Positions 1 through 12,110 of a DNA stretch of 64,000 nt are shown in pieces (positions within the stretch are counted from its first letter, which is position 1; the number at the start of each line of letters is the position of its first letter). The stretch comes from Felis catus (Eukaryota). A model generated the notes under the pieces. That model saw nothing but the letters and a program-made list of their open reading frames with translations, ran no database searches and was not told the DNA's origin. The translations under genes and the position numbers were made by a program. The DNA lies in contig NC_058368.1 of the NCBI RefSeq assembly GCF_018350175.1, positions 41,418,001-41,482,000 of the forward strand, given 5' to 3'.

Positions 1-1254
1 AAGTTTTAACCTTGAAAAACCAGCACTGAACCAGCATCTCCTCATATCCTGGGGTGCTCGAGACATGAACTCTTGACTGTAAGCCTTCTCAACTCCCAGT
101 AAAAAAGCACAAAAATAAACAACAAACACAAAAGCTTGTTGCCTTTTGAAATGGTTTTTTTAGCTACCATAATAACACGGGTGGGTTTCTTAACATTGTT
201 TGGCCAGCTTTTAAATCTAGCTTTCTCTGACAATTTCTTATGAAAGTGAAATGAGGGTGTGGCTAGCATATCCATCCATCACCAAAAACCTTTTTTTTTT
301 CATATTTCAAATATCAAAACCCAGGAAGAATTAGCATCATTGCAACTAGCTGGTTAAGAAATGTTAATAAAAGTGGTGACTAAAAATGTACATTATTGTT
401 TTTCTTTTAAAAGGGAGCTACAGCATTCACACACAGTCTCAGAGGCTGGGACAATAAAATGGCTCAATGTGAAGCAGAAAAACTTACTCCCAATTTTTGA
501 TACCACGTTTTTCTACCCATTTTTCACATAACACATAATAATTTGGCAATTATTTTCAGAGTCAACTTCAGGTGTAGCCAGTGAAATTAACAATTATGCT
601 GTATAACCACTGGGTTTCTAGGTAAACCTCCCACCCCCTTCCCACTTTAGGCCCATCCAGATAGGTGTTGCATCAGGAGCCCCATGTGTCTCCGACCTGC
701 CTGAAATCTCAAGAGTTTTTTCAGAGGAGAAAGTTCCATCAAAGAAGGAATGGATATGAAGATTCACCATGTGACAAATAGAGAGCCAACTGTACTTTAC
801 ATATTATTTAATTACATTAGACAGGTATTAAAAAGAATATTCTGCCAGCAAATAACTTCCCAGACATTTCCAGAGGGTGGAAAATGCATTTTTTGTCGAA
901 GTAAGTTTGAAAATGTATTGTTATTGTTGTTGATTTACCAGACACATTTACATATTAAAGGATTTGGAAAATTTGCAGTAAGAAAAGTTGTGTAATAGAG
1001 TTAAAGCAATCATTTTTCCAAATGCATTTGACAAATGCATCTATCTTACGTTTTTCAAACAATACTTATGAGCATCCTATTGTTTCCTGTCCTATGAAGC
1101 TGGGAAAATCAAGAAAAGAATATTCCTGACTTCTGCCTGACTTTTGGAATCACTCCATCCCCAGGACTTATTACAAAGTGACCAAACAATATTGAAGAAC
1201 ACTTACAAGCTTATATTTTCTCAATTTGAAAAGGAAATAATCCAATTCCAATTT

Positions 1255-1351
1255 TATTTTTATGTTTTTTCTTTATCCAATGTGGGGCTTGAATTCATAA
1301 CCTGAATATCAAGAGTCACATGTTCTACTGACTGAGCCAGCCAGGGGCCCC
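1255..1351 (-). mobile_element. Short, old CanSINE (tRNA-like head only)
   Basis: Reverse complement reads GGGGCCCCTGGCTGGCTCAGTCAGTAGAACATGTGACTCTTGAT; flanked by TTCCAATTTTA on both sides. Confidence 0.85.
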
Positions 1352-1599
1352 ACTTCCAATTTTAGTTCAGAGATACAAGGAAATGAAGAGTGTCACTTCC
1401 CACTGTTCCAAAAGAAAACACTGGACAATCTTCAAACTAATGGTTTTCTGAAGCTCATCAAAGAACTGAGGTCGCAGAACAGACTAACCTGAAATCTGGA
1501 GAGGATGCCATGAGGTAGAAAGAAACTTAAGCAATTCCTTATGCAAGTCAGATGCCACTGGCCATCATATAAGTAGGAAAGAAGATTCAGTAAGAATTA

Positions 1600-1660
1600 A
1601 TTAATTAATTTATTTATTTATTTTAGAGAGAGAGAGAGAGTAGGAGCAGGGGAGAGGGGC

Positions 1661-1709
<49 letters not shown>

Positions 1710-1832
1710 CTTAAGCAGGGTCCACATTCAGCGTGGAGCCTGAGGCGGGCTTGATCTCACGACCCTAGGATCATGACCTGAGTTACAATCAAGAGTTGGA
1801 CATTCAGCCAGCTGAGCCAATCAGGTGCTTCC
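1600..1832 (-). mobile_element. CanSINE
   Basis: (TTTA)n tail, (GA)n tract, head ending …TGAGCCAATCAGGTGCTTCC; approximate TSD AGT(G)AAGAATT. Confidence 0.92.
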
Positions 1833-3837
1833 AGTGAAGAATTTTTAATAAATTGCTAAACCTCTAACTGTGGGCTCTCAAGACAGTGTAAGGCACCTGA
1901 GGACCACGGGCATAGGTAGGATTCCCAGCCACATTCAGGCTTCCTCTCTCAGGAGCTCCATTAATTGATCAATGAGAATATCAGGATGAATCCTGAGAAA
2001 GCTTTCTTCATGGTGTCGGCTGGATGAGAGGAAACATACCCACTACAGATACTCTGTCCAGATCCAATCCTTATGCCCTAAAGAAAAAAAAAGAAGAAAA
2101 AAAAACACCTTAGGAAGGAAAACAAAAACAGTAGCCTGTGGGCTCTGGTAGAAATCTACAGTGGCTAGAGGAAAGGAGAGAAACCCTGTCCATACCCATT
2201 TGTCTTATATCACCTGAGGCACAAAAGCCTTAATCTACAGGAAGGAAAGAAACGAATACTGAAGGCCTGGTGGACACTTAACTGCTGAAAGAGGGGGATA
2301 TGAATAAAAAACTCTCTATCCTTGGGGGAAGGGTAGTGGTATATGTTGGGTCCAAGCCTACAGTAGAAGAGAAGTAATGACAGTTGTGTAGGCTTTACCT
2401 GGAGATCCAGGTTCAATTTCCAGTCTAATGAGTTCAATAGATTGCCTAATATTAAGGCTCACTCAAACAAGAGAGTGCATTCCTCACTCCCATCACCCTT
2501 CCACGCTAACAATTATTAGGAAATAATGACAGTAGAATATGGCTGAAAGTGCTGCAAGGCATAGAATTTCTCTAAGAAGCAAAGAAAGACTTAAAATCAA
2601 GTTCAGTGCAAGCAGAGAGAAAAACATGTGACACATAAATCAATACCATAAACACAAGATATCATCACTGGAATAATTTGAAGCTTCTGGTGCAGTGATG
2701 TTAAGTATAACAATATGCTTCAAACCCCACTCCTGATCCTATTAGCCACAATACTCCCAAATTAAAAGCCTACAGGAAGAAAAGGCATATTCAGCTCCAA
2801 ACATAAACATGAGATACATCAGTATAAATGGTCCTATACACCATGTCTGGCATGCAAAAAAAAAAAAATACGTTGCATATAAAAAGGCAAGAAAAAACAC
2901 AGTCTAAAGAAATAAATCCACCATCAGATCAAGACTCATATAGGACAAAAATCTTGGAACTTTCAGGTAAGGAAGTTAAAATGCCACAATTAACAGCTAA
3001 AGATTTTGATTAAAAAATGTAAAGATATGCAAGAACAGGCAAAGAATTTCAGCAGAGATGGAAACTTTAAGAAAAAGTCAATTGGAAATATTAGAAATCA
3101 AGAACATTAGGTGGAGGTAACGAATGTCTTTGACGTGCTCATCTGCAGACTAAACACAACCAAGAAAATAACCAGTAAGAATGAAAATAGTTCAGTAGAT
3201 ATTATCCAAACTGAAGACTATAGAGAAGTTAGTGGAATGGGGCGGGGGGGGAGAAAACAACAGAGCATTCATTAACAATACCATATGATCTAAAGAACAC
3301 ATCATCAGAATTCCAGAAGGAGGAAAAAACAAAAAACAAAACAGAAAAATTATCTTAAGAAATAATGGCTGATAATTTCCAAAGTTAGTAATAGTGTTAA
3401 ACTTCAGATCCAAGAAGCTCGGGTAAAGTCAAACAGGATAAATACAAAGTGCACACACAGGTATATATCTTCAAACTGTTGAAAACAAAGACAAAGAGGA
3501 AATCTTGAAGACAGCCAGAGAAAAGCATATTTACAGGTTCTGGGGATTAGGAAAGGGACATCTTTGAAGGATATCATTTTGCATAACACAGTACTCCTCT
3601 CTCCAGGAGGTGGATCTTAATGAAATCCACCCCTCCTTTAAGGGTGGGCTCAATTCAGTGATCAATTCATGCTTATAGTGTGGAAATGGAAAAAGAATAA
3701 TTACGCAGTGGAGAAATCATGCAGAAATCATCCTAACCAAGTGATCAAGTTTAACACCAACAGTAATCAGTTATGTTGATATCATGTACCCTCTGATGTT
3801 ATGCAATGAGAAGGTAGCTTCACCTCTGTGGTGGTCT

Positions 3838-3908
3838 TTTTATTTATGTATTTTTAAAATTTTTTAATGTTTATTTTTGAAAGAGAGAGAGAGTGTGAGT
3901 GGGGGAAG

Positions 3909-3958
<50 letters not shown>

Positions 3959-4084
3959 ATCCAAAGCAGGCTCCAGGCTCTGAGTTGTCAGCCCAGAGCC
4001 CAACACGGGGCTCAAACCCACAAACCATGAGATCATGACCTGAGTCGAAGTTGGATGCTTAAACAACAGTCACCTAAGTGCCCC
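3838..4084 (-). mobile_element. SINEC_Fc-type CanSINE
   Basis: Typical reverse body GACAGAATCCAAAGCAGGCTCCAGGCTCTGAG, (GA)n tract, T-rich tail. Confidence 0.95.
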
Positions 4085-5469
4085 TGTGGTATGCATTTTA
4101 AAAATCTATAACCCCAATCTAATAATGAGAAAATCCAAATGGAGGGCCAGTCTATAAAATGCCTCATGAGTACTTTACAAAAATGTCCGTGACATTAAAA
4201 ACAGAGAAAGATTTAAGAAATTGTCCTAATTTGCAGAGATTAAGGAAACTTCATGAACACATGCCATGCAGTAAACTAGATTGGATTCCTTGGAATACAG
4301 GAATGACATTACTGGAAAAACTGATGAACATTATACAAAGTCTGTAGTTTAGCTCACAGCATTGCACCAGTGTTAATTTCTTAGTTTCGATGAAATGTTT
4401 TTTTAAGATGTGAACTTTAGGGGAAGCTGAGTAAAGATGTCTAATAGCTCTCAGTACTATCCTTGTGAGTCTACTGAAAATCTAAAGTTACTTCAGGATG
4501 AAAAATTTAAAAGAAGAGAGGTAATCACTTACTCCCCTTCCTGCCATATCTAATGGAACTTTATAAAAAGTCACTTGCATTTCTATTTCTCTCATATCTT
4601 GTTTAGGATTACAGCCTAAGGAATGATGACAGCTATGGGTGCCTTTCTTCCTTTGAGACTTTTATATTTTACAAATGTATCAGTGTGCTGAATCAGAAAA
4701 AAAAACACAAGAGTTCATAAACTCAATTAATTATGAGTAGGATCTTTTTTCTCATACCTATTCATCTTCATTGCAGTACATAAGCCCAACATGATGTACC
4801 CCTACCAAGAACATGTTTCTTTTCCACTCAAATGGATTTTTACAATTTGACATTTCTCTTTCCTCTCTAGTCTTCTCTTCTTGTCATATTTTTAATATTG
4901 CATGCTTTTTTCCAGCCTCTATACCAGTGCTATTTAAAGAAGATTTTCAGTGAAGTAGTAGTTTGACTGCTCCTGAACTGTAGCGTATACTACTAGAAGA
5001 ACCAAAGGCTTTTTTTTAAACCTTGCTGTACTTTAAATCTTAAGACTTGTCATAAAAAGACAAAACTTGGTGACATTGGTTTAAAATCTATGCTTGGACT
5101 TTATTGTCACATCATTTCTCATATACTGTTTTTGGAAAAAGGCCTTCCAGATTGATGAATTCAAGGGAAGTATTACAATAATCATATTAAAAATATAAAT
5201 ATTTGAAATAGGCAATATGCACACAGACAAATCCAACATCACCTCAACTTTCCATGACATCAAAGGACTGCAAACTAGAATTTAAGTTAAATTGACTCTA
5301 AAGCCCAAAGATTTCAGGTCTGAAAATTAAAATTAGATCTATTAGTTTAATTGATATGTATTAAAGATCATAATGTCCCATATAGATTCTCATATGGAAC
5401 AAAGTGTGGCTAATTGACCAACAAAATTAGCATCATCTGAGAGTTTATTAGAAATGGATACACATTTGC

Positions 5470-5485
5470 CACAACATGGACAGAC

Positions 5486-5529
<44 letters not shown>

Positions 5530-5666
5530 CCTAAAAAGTAAAACAAACAAACAGAAACAGACTCATAAATACAGAGAAAAAACTGACGGTTGCCTGAGGG
5601 GAAGGGACATGGCGGGGAGGGGGCTGGGTGAAATAGGTAAAGGGGATTAAGAGGTACAAACTTCCA
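5470..5666 (+). mobile_element. L1 3' UTR fragment containing (TA)n at ~5488-5527
   Basis: AAACAGACTCATAAATACAGAG…GGTTGCC…GGGGATTAAGAGGTACAAACTTCCAG matches the L1MA/carnivore L1 3' UTR. Confidence 0.8.
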
Positions 5667-5797
5667 GGGGCACCTGAGTGGCTCAGTCAGTTAAACGTCG
5701 GACTTTGGCTCAGGTGATGATCTCACCATTCCCGGGTTCAAGCCCCACATCAGACTCTGTGCTGACAGCTCAGAGCCTGTAGCCTGTTTCAGATTCT

Positions 5798-5833
<36 letters not shown>

Positions 5834-5850
5834 TCCTCCCACACTCATGC
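5667..5850 (+). mobile_element. CanSINE lacking its A-tail
   Basis: GGGGCACCTGAGTGGCTCAGTCAGTTAA head and (CT)n tract; ends abruptly at CTCATGCT. Confidence 0.92.
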
Positions 5851-6075
5851 TTCTATGAGTCTATTTTAAATTCTTCAAATAGGTGAAACAATGCAATATT
5901 TGTCCTTTTGTGACTGGCTTATCTCACCTAACATGATGTTTTCCAAGGTCATCTATGTTGTTGCAAATGGTAGCATTTCCTTCTTTTTAAATGCCAAATA
6001 ATATTCCACTGTATGTATATATTACATTTTCTTTATTCATCTGTCAATGAACATTAAGTCTGCTCCCATATAATA
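5851..6075 (-). mobile_element. L1 3' fragment, antisense
   Basis: …TATTTGTCCTTTTGTGACTGGCTTATCTCAC…CATCTATGTTGTTGCAAATGG…AATATTCCACTGTATG. Confidence 0.85.
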
Positions 6076-6645
6076 TCTTGAAATGCAATTTTTCTAAATT
6101 GTTTTTTAGATTTAAAAAATCACCCTATCCAGACTATCCTCAGTTTACAAAATGGTGGGTTTGGGGAACGGTTATAAGTTGATTATTTAGAATTTAGGAT
6201 CCATTTACTTTACATGCAAGGTTTGTGTCTCTCAGAATTTAAGACTGTATATTTTTAGTGAAAAAGTTATCAACATTTTAACATTATAATTAAATGAGGC
6301 AGAATGAAGCAGAATGACAATTTATATGTATAATAAAAGTATTAAAGCAGAAATAAGGAAAGATTTTGCTACAACTTTTAGAAACGTTAAAGGAATGCAG
6401 AAGTTGATAACACTCAATGATTATTCTTCCTAATATTAAGGTAAGGGTAATATCTTTTTTTTTTAATTTTCCTGGAACTATATTTACACTAATTAGCCAT
6501 GATAATTAGAATTCTCTCTTTCTCTCTCCATGTGTGTGTATGTGTGTTTATGTGTGTTTACTCTCAAAATTAAGAGGAAATATAAAAGGCTGACCTTCCT
6601 GAGGTAATGGTACTAACAGCCGTTATTGACAAAGCAAGTTAGGTT

Positions 6646-6865
6646 GGGAGGCACCTGGGTGGTTCAGTCGGTTGAGCGTCCAACTTCAGCTGAGGTCATG
6701 ATCTCACAGTTCATGAGTTTGAGCCCCACATTGGGCTCTGTGCTAACAAGCTCAGAGCCTGGAGCCTGCTTTGGATTCTATGTTTCCCTCTCTCTGACTC
6801 TCCCCTCCTCACATTGTCTCTCTGTGTCTCTCAAAAAAATGAATAAATGTTAAAAAAATTTTTAA
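6646..6865 (+). mobile_element. CanSINE (older, outer copy)
   Basis: GGCACCTGGGTGGTTCAGTCGGTTGAGCGTCC head; AAGTTAGG repeated on both sides of the two-SINE block. Confidence 0.95.
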
Positions 6866-7090
6866 GGGGCGCCTGGGTGGCGCAGTCGGTTAAGCGTCCG
6901 ACTTCAGCCAGGTCATGATCTCGCGGTCCGTGAGTTCGAGCCCCGCGTCGGGCTCTGGGCTGATGGCTCAGAGCCTGGAGCCTGTTTCCGATTCTGTGTC
7001 TCCCTCTCTCTCTGCCCCTCCCCCGTTCATGCTCTGTCTCTCTCTATCCCAAAAATAAATAAATGTTGAAAAAAAAATTTAAAAAAAAAA
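6866..7090 (+). mobile_element. Young SINEC_Fc inserted in the tail of the preceding SINE
   Basis: Near-consensus GGGGCGCCTGGGTGGCGCAGTCGGTTAAGCGTCCGACTTCAGCCAGG with CpGs intact. Confidence 0.97.
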
Positions 7091-8244
7091 TTTTTTTTTT
7101 TAAAGTTAGGCGGAAGACTATATGAAACTCTGTGAAAAAGAAACTGCTTTGTGATGAATTTACCTTTTCTGGGAGAGGTAAAAGGCAGGGAGATAAGGAA
7201 AAGGAGAAAGAGATTACAATACAGTAAGACTCCCATTGTGGCTTGGGGAGAAGGAAACGAAGGCAGCCCATATTAGAATCTTAGAGGAAGGTCTGTGAAG
7301 CTTTAATAAACATTTTAAATATTTTGTATTTAAAATTTTTAAATATAAAGAGATAGTTTTCGGTCACAGAACTCCCAATATCAATGCCCAACACATTCTT
7401 CATGGGTAGCAGTAACACTATTCTTAGTGTCACAAATAACCCTTAAATCTTATATCAGCATCAGCGGCAGAGGCAGAGGGTCCTTGAGATATATCTTATT
7501 TATTCAAAAAAGGCATGGATTCTAAAAGGTTGAGATAGACTTCTTTAGATAATAAGGGAAGAGTAAGCTTTGAAACCAAATTTCAATTTCAGCTACCAGG
7601 GAAAGCTGTCAGCCTAAGTCAGGGAGCTGTCTGGAATGTGTCCGGGGGAAAAGGCCTATCCACCTGGCTCTCCATATGTATCACCCGTCCCAGAGCTACA
7701 GGACTTAGCAGAAATTGAACTGGGGGAAATCGAACTGGAAGAAAGGATGAGCCAGACTTGGCTGAAAACGGTGTCTGAAGTGGGCAGCACAGTGAGCTCC
7801 GGACTTCTACAGAAAGAGGTACTGAGAACAATGTCAGAGAGGACTCCAAAATACTGAACCCTGTGAAAAAAACTGGGTGAGGAGCCAGCCAAATACTTCA
7901 GATTAGGGCAGTGGGGGATCGGGATATAGAATTTCTGACATTTTGCCCAAGTCTTCGCTGCTCACAGGCGGCTCCTCTTGGCCTTGCTGGGGTGCTTATC
8001 TCTAGCGTATTTTCGGGGAATTGAACATCCTCAAGAATTTGGAGGACGTAGCACAGGAATCATACAAGGCTTCCAGGGTCAGTAAAATGCTGCTGCATTG
8101 TTCATGAATGTTCTATTTGAAGTAACTTTATTAAAATGATTTCCTTTTTCACTGTTTCAACCATAACACGCATATGGAAAATTAATGAAATGCTCTCTTT
8201 TCCTAGATAAAAACTGCATTATTATTGTAGAACACGAGCCTTTA

Positions 8245-8400
8245 ACAGTGCTGTGGAAAAAGAGCTGGACCAAGAGCCAGGAACCCGGCTCTGCCATTGT
8301 GCTCCTGGGCATTTCACTCACACTGTCTTAGATTCGGTTCTCTCAGCTGTAAAATGAGTAGGTTGGGCCAGATCATCTCTGAGGCCTATTCCACATGCAT
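8245..8400 (+). mobile_element. MIR-family SINE remnant
   Basis: Core …CCCGGCTCTGCCA…CAGCTGTAAAATGAG…GATCATCTCTGAGG. Confidence 0.7.
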
Positions 8401-8639
8401 AATTGTACAGATCCATCATTATTATCACTACTTAATGTGAGCAGCTATCTTGTCAGCGTGTACATATTCCAATTCAAAGCTGTTGGCTTAATATAATAAG
8501 ACTTTTTAAAACATCGATTTAATTTCCATGGGAAGAAAACTGAAGTAATTGATCAAACAAATTTTAAAATAATATAATTTGGCTTGCTGGTCCTTTTCTT
8601 AGAATGGAAAAATAGTTTGATTTCCTATAAAATCTATTC

Positions 8640-9270
8640 AAGTTGCACCTTCTTCCAATATTTTGTTACAGATTTTCCCTCTGCCAACAGCAGTCACCCA
8701 TTTTAATTGAATGGAGGAAAACAGTTCTGATTGTCTATGTCATTCTATTGGATTTTATATCATTGAATTTCAAGCCGGTTTCACTGGGACCTGCCAAGAG
8801 TGGCTTATGCCAACCTCTGAGTCTCCTTGTTACACTTCTATCCTGGGTAGCATTGTTTGCCTTTTTGTCTGCTCTCTGATTAAACTGACATCATTTTGCC
8901 TTTTGTGACTCTGGTGTCATTTTCTGTTGACAGTGTCTAGTAATGGTAACAGACTTGTGTCCTTGTGGAATGGGTAGAAGTCATTGATTGGTTAGGTGTA
9001 TTAATGCAGGCCTGTTAAATGACATGCAGACTTGTCTTTGTGCTAAGTGGCAGCTGAATGGGTGCCAGTGAGAGAGGTTATTAAGCACAGATAAGAAGCA
9101 GCACCTCTATTCACTGGCAATGTCACTTTCTCCCACTTGAGGAGAGACATTTGTTCAAGACATTTTTTTTTCTCCTCTCACTGACGGTATTTAAGGCAGA
9201 AAGTTGCTAAGGTGCTGCTGACTGCAGAATAGATTGTTTTGAGAAGGTGAACTCTAGAGAAAGATCCGTT
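8640..9270. promoter_or_regulatory. Candidate enhancer or conserved non-coding element
   Basis: Repeat-free block with clustered TGACA/TGTCA (8886, 8915, 8928, 9020, 9121), TGATTGG 8985, CAGCTG 9051, AGATAAG 9089 and TGCTGAC 9216; function is inferred only. Confidence 0.35.
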
Positions 9271-9552
9271 TAAAACGGTTGTTCTTGAAAACCATATTGG
9301 ATTGAATGGAAATGTTTAAATAAGAACAATTACATTGTTAACACTATCAGAAAACAAACAAACAAACAAACAAAAAGCATAGAGGCCCAGTGACAAGATG
9401 TGCCATCGATCATTGCTGTATATCATTTGGAAATGAAAATAATTTTAAAACGATTTTATCTTCTGGGGTCTTCAAAGAAATAAGAAGATAGCAAAATCTA
9501 GTCAAGCCTGTGAAATTTTTCTAAGTAATTAAATTAGAAATAAAGTGATGAT

Positions 9553-9780
9553 GGGGCGCCTGGGTGGCTCAGTCAGTTGAGCGTCCGACTTCGGCTTCAG
9601 CTCGGGTCATGGTCTCGCAGTCTGAGTTCTAGCCCCACGACGGGCTCTGTGCTGACAGCTCGGAGCCTGGAGTCTGCTTCCAATTCTGCGTCTCCCTCTC
9701 TCTCTGCCCCTCCCCTGCTCATGCTCTGTCTCTTTGTCTCTCTCTCTGTCAAAAATAAATTGAAAAGAAAAAAAAGAAAG
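9553..9780 (+). mobile_element. SINEC_Fc-type CanSINE
   Basis: Canonical head, body and A-tail; TSD AAAGTGATGA. Confidence 0.97.
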
Positions 9781-10214
9781 AAAGTGATGAAAACTGCCTT
9801 TATTTTTATTTTATTGTTTAAATATCCAGGCATAGATTGCATATGGTCTAAGTTAACTAGTATAGCATTAGGCTGTAAATTACAAACTTGTGAAAGTCTT
9901 TCTATTCACAAGAAAACGTCTTGACCAGTCTTTTCTTTGTAAATTGAGAAAGGCTGACATTTTCTGTGCAGCTTTAACTGATATTTGCCAGGCTTGTTAT
10001 TTGTGGGTTTTTGCTGTACTTTGAAATATTCCACAAATCCTAACTTAGAATCAATCACACCCTTCAGTAGTTTAGCCTGTTGCAATGATTTACCGCTTCT
10101 GCTGTCTTCCTTCAGTCTCCAGCTTCACGTATATATACACCCTTTTCTGTCTTCGCACAAAGCAGTTGTTAATGTTTGTTTATAAAATGTGTCAAATTTA
10201 ATTGGTAAGTTCAA

Positions 10215-10430
10215 GTCACTCTCTTAGGCACTAGAGGCAGAGACAAATGCACAATATACATCAATCCTCTATTTCCATTATGTAACCTCTTTGAACTTCC
10301 ATTCTATCTTCTATAAAATGAGGATTACAATAAATCAGAGAGTTGCTCTAGGAATTAGCTGAAAAAGTGGATAGCAACATCTAATTCACTGCCAGCCACA
10401 GAGTTGATTATTAATAAATGTAAAAATATC
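10215..10430 (+). mobile_element. MIR remnant
   Basis: …TAACCTCTTTGAACTTC…TCTATAAAATGAGGAT…AGAGTTGCT…TAATAAATG. Confidence 0.6.
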
Positions 10431-11177
10431 TTTATCTCCAAATCATTATGAATGTGTGAAATCACAGCATCTTGGTTCTACTCTATTTCACCCTGAATCA
10501 GACTTCCCCAATAACTATTCCTTACTGATAATAAATGAAAGCTCAAGATAGGAGAGAAGATCTCTGATATGTTTATCTTTTTGTTCTGCAAAAGGCGGAA
10601 GTCTAACATAAGAACACACATAAAAATATATGCCTCTTATTTACTCGGCGACTGATATTTCAAATGCACTGCTTTGTTTCATGTCTCATCTCAAACCTTT
10701 GAAGTATTATCTTTATTTTAAAAATAAAGAATCTTAGCTGTGTGATGTTAAGTAAATTCTGTAAGATATCCTGCTTGGGAACAAACCTGAGCCTCACGTC
10801 TCCTAATTTCAAGCTTTTGATTACTTAAAAAGTCCTTTTGAACTATGCTCCAGCATCAACCTCTAAAGACATTACGGCTGTTTGATACTGAGCTATCAGA
10901 CAGTATTAATAATTTCAAGGAAACTAGCAGAAAGGAGGCCCCAAGAAAACGGTGAGAACTGAAGACACAGACATTAGTCAATGGCTCCCAGGTCTTTCCT
11001 TTCTGCGTCTGACATTCTTTCTCTGGGCCAAGTAATAGAAATTATTTCTAAGTGAGGTTTTTGTCACCTCATACAGCAACAAGTGTTTACATTACCAATG
11101 TTTCCATTGTATAACCCAGATAGTTGTATAACTTATGTGACATCAGAGAGCCACAACTCATAAATCCATAGATTGGA

Positions 11178-11246
11178 TTACCGTAGGGTTACCGTAAACA
11201 ATCCTAAACCAAGGGATGGGTTACTGTAAACAATCCTAAACCAAGG
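11178..11246. repeat. Local 32-bp tandem duplication
   Basis: GGGTTACCGTAAACAATCCTAAACCAAGG at 11186 and GGGTTACTGTAAACAATCCTAAACCAAGG at 11218; partial TTACCGTA at 11178. Confidence 0.95.
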
Positions 11247-11634
11247 ACTAAGGGCTCCCCTCCTGGCAAATAGAATTAGTCTATTTATAAGAAGGTACAA
11301 TTACCAGCGTGCTTACACAGATACTAGACAGGATGACTTATCTTTCTTCCCCCCCCAAGTGTGTCACCAGATGTGTATGTTTACTTGCTCTCCAACCCAG
11401 TTTATATTATTGAGAATATTAATTCCCTTTCAGAGAAATGATACAAAATGTGTGTGTGTGCATAAAATAGCTTTTTAAATATATTTCTTACAGAATCAAA
11501 GGATTGTAAGTCTGAAAAAAAAAACATTAGCTGATCTGCCCTTTCATCTTATTGTTTTGAGAAAATTAGAATAGTTATTCTTTGGATCAATTTTTTCAGC
11601 ACTAAATTCACTTTGCTTTGTATTGCATCCAGTT

Positions 11635-12110
11635 TGTTCATTTATTCATGCAACAAATATTATTCTGGGCCTGATATACAGCAAATCAGACAAACATCCC
11701 TGCTCTTGAGATATTTATATTCTACTGAGGAAAACAAAAACTCAAGTAAGGTAACATCTATCTATACATAATATAGCATGTTAGATACTAAGTAATAAGA
11801 AGAATACAAATTAAGCAAGAAAAGTAGAGAGTAAGTTGGCAAGGGCCAGGATGGGGAGATAAAATCTAAATAAATTGGTCAGGAGAGGTCTCTGTGAGAA
11901 GATGGTGTGGTGTCGAGAACTGAAGGAATGAGGAAGTAAAATGTGTATCTTACTGGGGAAGAGAATCCCAGGCAGGGATCAGCATGTACAAAGGTTCTGA
12001 GACAGGAGAACCTCTGTTCTGGAGGAATGGCAGTCTAGTGTGCCTGGAACAGAATCGGGTGATAGATCGTAAGGTCAGACAAATAGTGGGGTGCTATGAC
12101 ATGCAGGATG
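11635..12110 (-). mobile_element. L2 3' fragment
   Basis: Begins TTCATTTATTCATGCAACAAATATT (reverse complement of the L2 tail), then …CCCTGCTCTT…, …CCAGGCAGGG…AGCATGTACAAAGG. Confidence 0.8.

Larger units (their letters stand above)
1375..4510 (+). mobile_element. Old L1 (L1MC-like): 5' region and ORF1 remnant joined to a 3' UTR, interrupted by two SINEs
   Basis: A-rich ORF1-like sequence at ~2830-3540 (…CAGATCCAAGAAGCTC…, …AAATCTTGAAGACAGCCAGAGAAAA); L1MC-type 3' UTR (CCTAACCAAGTGATCAAG…, …AATCTAAAGTTA) at ~3560-4510. Confidence 0.7.

Noticed and set aside
8711..8908. 65-aa ORF MEENSSDCLCH…
   Set aside because: Short, with no splice or homology support; better treated as part of a candidate non-coding element.
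6626..9924. Recurrent ORFs with LEPASDSVSPSLSAP- or GRGRERGRHRIG-like peptides (also near 21.1, 39.8 and 40.8 kb)
   Set aside because: Translations of CanSINE sequence, not genes.
11178..11246. CRISPR-like ~30-bp direct repeats
   Set aside because: Only two adjacent copies with no spacers, in mammalian DNA; a simple tandem duplication.
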